In this document: piece by piece, positions 26,171 through 32,000 of the stretch
How the letters are laid out: each line of letters opens with the position of its first letter
How positions within the stretch are numbered: the first letter of the stretch is position 1
Assembly: GCA_942493095.1 (NCBI GenBank)
Contig: OW818675.1
Location: forward strand, 2,640,001 to 2,672,000
DNA: 32,000 nt
Direction of reading: 5' to 3'
DNA from: Candidatus Electronema halotolerans
GTDB lineage: Bacteria; Desulfobacterota; Desulfobulbia; Desulfobulbales; Desulfobulbaceae
Position numbers and translations under genes: made by a program
Notes under the pieces: generated by a model
What the model was told of the DNA's origin: nothing
The model's database searches: none
Seen by the model: the letters and a program-made list of their open reading frames with translations, nothing else

Positions 26171-27535
26171 TCAGCTCTCCTTGATCATCTCCGCAATTCG
26201 GAAAGCCATTTCCAGCGACTGCTCGGCATTGAGGCGCGGGTCGCAGGCTGTGCAGTAGTTGCGGCCCAAGTGCTCGTCGCTCAGGCCGCCTGCGCCGCCG
26301 GTGCATTCTGTCACCTCGCCGGTCTCTTCATCCTTGCCAGTCAGCTCGAAATGCACCCCGCCTGGAATTGCCCCTTCAGTCCGGCAGATGGCGAAGAACT
26401 GCCGCAGCTCGGCGAGAATGTCCTCAAAGCTGCGGGTCTTGCAGCCGCTCAGGGTTTTGCGGATGTTGCCGTGCATCGGATCGCAGCACCAGAGCACATT
26501 CAGCCCCGCCGCTTTCACGCCCCGGAGCAGCGGCGGCAGGAACTGCTCGATCTTGCCTGCGCCGAAACGGGTGATCAGGGTCATCCGGCCTTCTTTGTTG
26601 TCTGGATTGAGCCGCCGCACCACTGCGACAATGTCATCCACATCATGAGTCGGCCCGACCTTCATGCCGAGCGGATTGCGCACACCGCGCAGGAATTCAA
26701 TATGCGCGCCGTCGAGCTGGCGGGTGCGGTCGCCAATCCAAAGCATGTGGCCGGAGCAGTCATACCAGCGGCCCCGCACCTCGTCCTCTGAATCCTCACG
26801 GGCCAAGGCCGCCTCATAGTCCAAGAACAGGGCCTCATGCGAGGTGAAAATATCTACCTCCTTGATCTGCGGCATGTCGGTATGGATGCCGATATTGCTC
26901 ATGAACTTCAGCGTCCTTTCGATTTGCCTAGCAACACTCTGCTCGTAATCGCCGCCAACCGGCGAATTCTTGACAAACTCCTGATTCCACTTATGCACAT
27001 TGTGCAGGGAGCTGAAACCGCCTTGAGCAAAAGCGCGCAGCAGGTTGAGGGTGCTGGCGGAGAGGTAGTATCCCTTAAGCAGCCGCTGCGGGTCAGCCCG
27101 GCGGGCCTCCGGGGTGCCTGCCACGGAATTGCACATGTCGCCCCGATAGCTGGGCAGCTCCACGCCGTTGACCATCTCCGTCGGACTGGAGCGCGGCTTG
27201 GCGTACTGTCCGGCAAGCCGGCCTATCTTCACCACTGGCCTGCCGCCTGCGTAGGTGAGAATGGCCGCCATTTGCAGGAGCACTTTCAACGTGCTCTTGA
27301 TGTTCGGGGCAGTGCAGCGGGCGAATTCCTCTGAGCAGTCACCGCCTTGCAGCAGGAAGGCCTCGCCCTTGGCCGCCTTGGCCAGCATGGCCCTGAGATC
27401 GCGAATCTCGCCCGCAGCCACCAACGGCGGCAGTTTGGCCAAATCTTCGGTCGCCTGCCGAAGTTCTTCTTCCGGCCAGTCAGGCTGCTGCAAGGCCGGT
27501 TTGCTCTTCCAAGATGTTTTGCTCCACGTAGTCAT
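26171..27535 (-). CDS. Class II 3-deoxy-7-phosphoheptulonate (DAHP) synthase
   Basis: 454 aa. The N-terminus WSKTSWKSKPALQQPDWP and the blocks LLQGGDCSE and KPRSSP are typical of type II DAHP synthases. Confidence 0.85.
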   Translation of the reverse strand: MTTWSKTSWKSKPALQQPDWPEEELRQATEDLAKLPPLVAAGEIRDLRAMLAKAAKGEAFLLQGGDCSEEFARCTAPNIKSTLKVLLQMAAILTYAGGRPVVKIGRLAGQYAKPRSSPTEMVNGVELPSYRGDMCNSVAGTPEARRADPQRLLKGYYLSASTLNLLRAFAQGGFSSLHNVHKWNQEFVKNSPVGGDYEQSVARQIERTLKFMSNIGIHTDMPQIKEVDIFTSHEALFLDYEAALAREDSEDEVRGRWYDCSGHMLWIGDRTRQLDGAHIEFLRGVRNPLGMKVGPTHDVDDIVAVVRRLNPDNKEGRMTLITRFGAGKIEQFLPPLLRGVKAAGLNVLWCCDPMHGNIRKTLSGCKTRSFEDILAELRQFFAICRTEGAIPGGVHFELTGKDEETGEVTECTGGAGGLSDEHLGRNYCTACDPRLNAEQSLEMAFRIAEMIKES

Positions 27536-27602
27536 AGCGGTATATTGGCAAAGGTTTAAATTTACGGTCTTTTCTGAAGCTGCTCAAGCGTGGTCAGCTG
27601 TG

Positions 27603-27992
27603 TCAACTCCCCACACCAAAGTTCCGCAACGCGGTGCGGAAGGCGTTGAAAGGACTGACAATAGCGTCACCGAGCAAGATAGTGTAGCCAAACCAGTGGT
27701 AAAAGGTCAGCGGCTGCTCCATTTTCCAGACCAGATAGCAGAGCAGTGCTGTGGCGACCACCAGTCCGATCACAGAAGTGATTGTGTGCATCAAAAAAAT
27801 TCTTTCACTGATGTCGCCGGATTTGACAAATTCAGCAAAAAGCACAAACACGCCGAGGCCGATCAGGACAAAGCCCGGCACTCCATCCAAGGGGATTTGA
27901 GCAATCTGTGCTCCTGCAAGATAGATGATGATCAGAAAGGGCCACGGAACTTTACTGAAAAACGAGGCCATGCCGCTGCTTGAATTTGCCAT
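27603..27992 (-). CDS. Small integral membrane protein, function unknown
   Basis: 129 aa with about 4 hydrophobic spans. I recognise no family. Confidence 0.45.
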   Translation of the reverse strand: MANSSSGMASFFSKVPWPFLIIIYLAGAQIAQIPLDGVPGFVLIGLGVFVLFAEFVKSGDISERIFLMHTITSVIGLVVATALLCYLVWKMEQPLTFYHWFGYTILLGDAIVSPFNAFRTALRNFGVGS

Positions 27993-28026
27993 GCAATCCT
28001 CCTTGCTTGTTCATAAATACGTCAAC

Positions 28027-28464
28027 TTAGGCCGTCACTTTTTGTTCTTCGGTCATCGAGTCAAAGGAAACCGTCATGGCCCGCACCGGGCAGCCGGTGA
28101 CACAGAGGCCGCAGCCAGTGCATTTTTCCGGGTCAAAGCCCACTTCCATTGAGGGGTGCTGGATATAGAGCGCGCCGACTGGACATATCCCAGTGCAGGC
28201 CCCGCACTGAAAGCACTTTTTCTCATCCCGATGCACCTGCCAGGCAATGCGCTCCACCCGCACACCCAGACTTTGCAGGTATTCAACCGAGGCCTTGATG
28301 TTTTCATTGAGACCTTTCAGCTCCAGAATCAGAAAGCCGTCCCGTTGGGGCCGGACATCCGCCTTGTGAATGTTGAATTCCACATCATAGTGCTTGACCA
28401 ACTGGCAGATCACAGGCTGGTCAGAGTTTTCCTTCGGATAGGTGAGGAGATAGATTCTGTTCAT
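28027..28464 (-). CDS. NIL-domain / 2x[4Fe-4S] ferredoxin fusion protein
   Basis: The N-terminal NIL-like domain is QPVICQLVKHYDVEFNI..A.....G.LILEL.G. Two CxxCxxCxxxCP clusters follow (CFQCGACTGICP, CTGCGLCVTGCP). Confidence 0.75.
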   Translation of the reverse strand: MNRIYLLTYPKENSDQPVICQLVKHYDVEFNIHKADVRPQRDGFLILELKGLNENIKASVEYLQSLGVRVERIAWQVHRDEKKCFQCGACTGICPVGALYIQHPSMEVGFDPEKCTGCGLCVTGCPVRAMTVSFDSMTEEQKVTA

Positions 28465-28488
28465 GTTTTTCGGTGCGTTGAAGGTCGA

Positions 28489-31170
28489 TTAAAGCAGCAG
28501 ATTGAGGACAGCCCGAAGCGCACTTGAGCTTGAGCTTGGTTCAACATAGCCTGTCCCGCCGGGCGCATTTTTCTCAGTGGGGTTGTAAGCAGTGCCGTTA
28601 GGATCAGTCTCATGGGCAAGCCAGTTCAGGTATTCCTGCAAGTCGCTGTAGCCGTCTCTGTCGTAATCGCTTGTTGCATTGGCGGTGGTCAGATTGTGAA
28701 AAAAAGTCATCTCCCAGCCGTCATCAATGCCGTCGTTGTCAGTGTCGCTGCCTGATAAAAAAACGACTTGGACAGGGGCATGTCTGTTTGTCATTGTGCC
28801 GTCGCCAAGCTGACCATGTCCGTTATCACCCCAAGCCCAAAGGCTGCCGTCCTGCTTCATTGCCATTGAATACGCATTTCCAGCGGCAATCGCCTGCCAA
28901 TCGGTTGATGCTCCCATCTGCATGGGTATATGCTTGTCTTCCGTAGTGCCATCACCAAGCTGGCCATTTGCATTGTAGCCCCACGACCAAAGACTGCCGT
29001 CAGTTTTCAAAGCGATGACATGTCCTCCGCCTCCATCTGCAACCAGCCAATTGTTGTCTGTCCCGACTTGCACTGGGCTGTATTTATGTTCTGTGGTGCC
29101 GTCGCCAATCTGACCATATCCGTTATAGCCCCAGCTCCACAAACTGGCTTCATTCTTCAGTGCCAACCTGCCTCCATGAAAAATATTCCGCCAATCACTG
29201 TCCGTTCCTGCTTGGCCAGGGGTGCTCCGTGGAGTTGTTGTTCCATTGCCAAGCTGACCATAGTAATTGTATCCCCATGTCCAAATGCTGCCATTGTTCT
29301 TCAAGGCTGCAGTATGATACATTCCAGCAGCAACATCCTTCCAGTCATTGTCCGTGCCTATCCGAACTGGGCTATGTCTGTCGGTTGCCGTTCCGTCGCC
29401 GAGCTGTCCATTTCCATTCCAGCCCCAAGCCCAGAGACTGCCGTCTTCCTTCAACGCCACAGTGTGACCTCCAGCAGCAGTTACATCCTTCCAGTCACTG
29501 TCTGTGCCTATCCGAACCGGACTGTGTCTTTCCATAGTTGTCCCATCACCAAGCTGACCGGACGCATTATCTCCCCACGCCCAAAGGCTGCCGTCCTGTT
29601 TCAACGCTACAGTATGACCCATTCCAGAAGATACGCCTCCTCCAGCAGCTGCGGCCTTCCAGTCACTGTCCGTGCCTATTCGTACAGGGCTGTGTCTTTC
29701 TGTTGTCGTTCCGTCACCAAGCTGCCCATGTTCATTCCAGCCCCAAGTCCAGAGACTGCCGTCGCTTTGAATGAAGACCGTATGACTCACTCCTGCCGCC
29801 ACAAAGGCTTCATCTTTAGATAAGCTGGAACTGCGATAGTTGGCAGTCAGGTGTTTGGTCTCGCGCAGGGTTCTGGCATTGTCGCCATCCGCTGCATCAC
29901 CTGTTGCCGCGCCAAGATGGGAGACATTTGGATTGGAGAAATAAGGTGTACGAACATGTGATTCTCCGTCATCAAAATAATCACCAGATTCATAAGTCAT
30001 TACAGAGCAATACCTGTCAGAATCAGAGCCAGTCCAGCGCCAGCCTGCGGAGTATGAATAAAGTTGCGGGCCAGCCTGAACATTCTGTTCCTTATGATGG
30101 CCTGCCCCCATATTGTGGCCCAACTCATGAATAACGGTGTAAGTCCATCCAGCCTGCTGGACGCGGATAAGGGAAAAGGCGTAATCAGGGAAACCGTCAG
30201 GCAGGTAATCGCTCATAAGAGCGTATCCCAGCCCCCCGGTATCCTCCACCAGCGCAAACAAAGTCACCAAGTCGGCACCATAAGTCGTGCGCCACGTATG
30301 AACATCATCCATATAACCATCTGAGGTCTCTTGAAGTCGGTCAAGATCAGTGTCTGAACTGCCGCTCTCTGTGTAACTCACCTCAGCAGAATGCACCAAA
30401 CGAACATGCAGCATGGTGCTGCTGTTGTCCAGTGCCTGCTGTCCTCTTGACATAGCCTGACTGATGACGCTGTCAATCCCATCGCCATTGCTGTCAGCCC
30501 ATGCTTTTGCCGCAGGTGTATAAACAACCATGACATCCACAGTCACTTCTTCATTCGGATCGGGGGTGTCGGCAGATGTCTCTGTTGACAATTTCCCTCT
30601 GTTTGCAGGCGGAACGATTGGCGGCAAATCTTCAGGGACTTTGATGCGCTCCTGTGGAATTTCATAAAGCGTATGCTCTCCTGTCTGACGGTTAAAAACA
30701 ACCTCGAACTTCCTCTTGTTAGAGGAATTGTCAAAAGTCAAAAGCAACTTGTCGCCGTCAATGGAAATGTAAAAGAAGTCATAGGCACTCCCCTGCACAG
30801 GCCCACGCAGCGTAGTGACATGGTTGACATCAGTTTCCACCGCTTGAATTTCCAAAACGGCCTGCTCACCGTCAAACAAATTCATCAAAATCGTGTCGCC
30901 GGGCCGCATTGTTCGTGAGGCATCAAAAAAATCAGCATTGATGCTGACCGCAGCAACGTTTGTGGCTATGGCAGCAAATTCAGGTGCAGATGCGTTGGAG
31001 GAAGCAGCATTTACAGAACTTGTGGCATCTTGCAGGGCAAAAGATTGAAACAGATTATGCTGATTTCCAGTTTCTTCAGCAAAGGCGGTCTTGGAAAGGC
31101 CAACACCGCTCAAAAATACCATAAAGAAAGCAAGCAGAATCAACTGAAGCTGAAAACAAATGAATTTCAT
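28489..31170 (-). CDS. Secreted multidomain protein: signal peptide, pro-region, metzincin (reprolysin-like) Zn-metalloprotease, 7 RCC1 repeats and TSP3-like Ca-binding motifs
   Basis: Signal peptide MKFICFQLQLILLAFFMVFLSGVGLSKTAFA. HELGHNMGAGH sits at 30097-30129 (HExxHxxGxxH). There are seven GQLGDG/GQIGDG/GQLGNG repeats (aa 458-803). DTDNDGIDDGWE and DYDRDGYSD follow. GAGG RBS 8 nt upstream of the ATG. Confidence 0.8.
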   Translation of the reverse strand: MKFICFQLQLILLAFFMVFLSGVGLSKTAFAEETGNQHNLFQSFALQDATSSVNAASSNASAPEFAAIATNVAAVSINADFFDASRTMRPGDTILMNLFDGEQAVLEIQAVETDVNHVTTLRGPVQGSAYDFFYISIDGDKLLLTFDNSSNKRKFEVVFNRQTGEHTLYEIPQERIKVPEDLPPIVPPANRGKLSTETSADTPDPNEEVTVDVMVVYTPAAKAWADSNGDGIDSVISQAMSRGQQALDNSSTMLHVRLVHSAEVSYTESGSSDTDLDRLQETSDGYMDDVHTWRTTYGADLVTLFALVEDTGGLGYALMSDYLPDGFPDYAFSLIRVQQAGWTYTVIHELGHNMGAGHHKEQNVQAGPQLYSYSAGWRWTGSDSDRYCSVMTYESGDYFDDGESHVRTPYFSNPNVSHLGAATGDAADGDNARTLRETKHLTANYRSSSLSKDEAFVAAGVSHTVFIQSDGSLWTWGWNEHGQLGDGTTTERHSPVRIGTDSDWKAAAAGGGVSSGMGHTVALKQDGSLWAWGDNASGQLGDGTTMERHSPVRIGTDSDWKDVTAAGGHTVALKEDGSLWAWGWNGNGQLGDGTATDRHSPVRIGTDNDWKDVAAGMYHTAALKNNGSIWTWGYNYYGQLGNGTTTPRSTPGQAGTDSDWRNIFHGGRLALKNEASLWSWGYNGYGQIGDGTTEHKYSPVQVGTDNNWLVADGGGGHVIALKTDGSLWSWGYNANGQLGDGTTEDKHIPMQMGASTDWQAIAAGNAYSMAMKQDGSLWAWGDNGHGQLGDGTMTNRHAPVQVVFLSGSDTDNDGIDDGWEMTFFHNLTTANATSDYDRDGYSDLQEYLNWLAHETDPNGTAYNPTEKNAPGGTGYVEPSSSSSALRAVLNLLL
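28762..29799. repeat. Tandem repeat units of about 150-160 bp encoding the RCC1 blades
   Basis: Recurrent DNA strings such as ccagtcactgtc(t/c)gtgcctat(c/t)cg and gccgtc(c/t)t..ttcaa(c/g)gc. The peptide ERHSPVRIGTDSDWK recurs almost verbatim three times. Confidence 0.7.
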
Positions 31171-31203
31171 TCTAAATACCTCATCTATTTTTTGATTGTG
31201 TTG

Positions 31204-31437
31204 TCAGACTTCCGGCGCAATCCAATGCACATTGCTGCCAGTTAACTGGGAAGGCTCAGGAATTTCCTGCTCCTGCTCAAGGCGGTGCTCCATGACCAGC
31301 GTCAGCACTTCAGCAGCGTTGAACAAGGCTTCGTCCAGAGTTTTCCCTTGCGTCATCGCCTCCTCAAGATCAGGAAAGGCGACAAAGAAGATGCCGTCCT
31401 CCTCCTTTGTGGCTCGTGCCGGATATGCAATTTTCAT
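31204..31437 (-). CDS. HicB-like (UPF0150) antitoxin-fold protein with no DNA-binding domain
   Basis: MKIAYPARATKEEDGIFFVAFPDLEEAMTQGKTLDEALFNAAEVLTLVMEHRLEQEQEIPEPS matches the HicB N-domain pattern (..y.a.i..eedG.y.v.fPDLPGc.tqGdTleEA..nA.EAL). I chose ATG 31437; the track ORF starts at TTG 31662 through non-conserved sequence. Confidence 0.6.
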   Translation of the reverse strand: MKIAYPARATKEEDGIFFVAFPDLEEAMTQGKTLDEALFNAAEVLTLVMEHRLEQEQEIPEPSQLTGSNVHWIAPEV

Positions 31438-31570
31438 TTCAGCTTCACGTCGGCAGAGAGCTGGATCACAATCCCGGATGGAGTGCGAGTCCGTGAGCAG
31501 CATGGCCCTTCGCCCGCCGCAGAGGGCAATCTGACTGCTGCACGATAAGCGTGAAACTGCCTGAACAGGC

Positions 31571-31599
31571 ATCGTAGGCATCGGCGTGTTTTTTGTCAA
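31571..31599 (-). promoter_or_regulatory. Candidate sigma-70 promoter (TTGACA-17-TACGAT) upstream of the HicB-like and protease genes
   Basis: Read on the minus strand: a consensus -35, a 17-nt spacer and a TAnnnT -10, about 130 nt before the HicB-like ATG. Confidence 0.35.
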
Positions 31600-31647
31600 C
31601 AGGAAAGATGGGAAAACTGAAGCGCACGAGCGGCCTGAACTGGACAG

Positions 31648-31693
31648 CACTTGTGAGCGCAACTCACAAGTGTTTATGAGTCAGACTCACAAG
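31648..31693. promoter_or_regulatory. Nested palindromes carrying three copies of CTCACAAG; candidate operator or regulator site
   Basis: CACTTGTGAG-CGCAA-CTCACAAGTG (31648-31672, perfect 10-bp arms), TGAGTC-A-GACTCA (31677-31689) and a third CTCACAAG at 31686-31693. The sequence is certain; the function is not. Confidence 0.4.
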
Positions 31694-31741
31694 CATGATC
31701 CAGTTTGGCGTGGAAGCACTGCGCGGCAAAGGGGAGTAAAG

Positions 31742-32000
31742 TCAGTTGCGCGGCAATTGGTTGGGATTTGCTTTGTTCATCTCTGATTCCGTGCTGCATT
31801 CTTCCGCTTCCCATTCTGTAACCAAGCGATCAACAGACTGAAATATTTTGGTGACTGCGACTGAGTCAATCAACTCGCTTGCGCCGTGGGCGATCCGGTT
31901 GCGCCTGTCCATGAACTCGTGAAAAAAATCAATATCATCTACTGATATTTCTCCTTGCGAGTACATCTGCTTCAGCAGCCTTGAAGCAGGAAAACGTTCA
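31742..32000 (-). CDS. HEPN-like domain protein, C-terminal part; the ORF is open to the right window edge
   Basis: ..FHEFMDRRNRIAHGASE.. contains the HEPN Rx4H motif in the RNxIAHG form seen in several HEPN clades. No in-frame stop lies between the listed ATG (31966) and position 32000, so the gene probably starts outside the window. Confidence 0.4.
   Translation of the reverse strand, partial: ERFPASRLLKQMYSQGEISVDDIDFFHEFMDRRNRIAHGASELIDSVAVTKIFQSVDRLVTEWEAEECSTESEMNKANPNQLPRN

Noticed and set aside
31438-31741. Possible degraded hicA toxin gene upstream of the HicB-like gene
   Set aside because: All three minus-strand frames were translated by eye. I saw only vague resemblances (TDSHSIR; GIVIQLSADVKLK in a different frame), no usable start codon, and insufficient length downstream of the predicted promoter.

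Overview
This looks like a chromosomal window from a Gram-negative, diazotrophic anaerobe, possibly Desulfobacterota-like; that taxonomy is inferred from gene content only. Most of it is core metabolism. The left edge holds a minus-strand nifH-nifI1-nifI2-nifD(partial) nitrogenase operon with a well-spaced sigma-54 promoter. It is followed by a LivK-type substrate-binding lipoprotein and a DUF4395-like membrane protein. The middle carries tRNA-Leu(UAA), RNase E/G, a radical SAM protein, a cell-envelope and queuosine block (nucleotide-sugar dehydrogenase, queE, queD, OafA-like acyltransferase, SGNH esterase, cytochrome c peroxidase, GT2, pgl), argB, the conserved lptA-lptB-rpoN-ptsN cluster and a class II DAHP synthase. 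Two AT-richer accessory patches stand out. (1) At 5229-8491, a 3.2-kb islet just downstream of tRNA-Leu is bounded by perfect 23-bp direct repeats. It carries an intact MmeI-family single-polypeptide restriction-modification gene plus a chimeric Res-tail/Fic-core gene remnant, and no integrase. (2) At 28489-32000 there is a large secreted metzincin + 7x RCC1 + TSP3-like protein. It is preceded by an orphan HicB-like gene, a nested palindrome cluster and a partial HEPN-like ORF. I saw no CRISPR array, rRNA, transposase or integrase, and no clearly novel multi-gene system. The accessory patches are the best leads, and all functional calls rest on motif recognition by eye.
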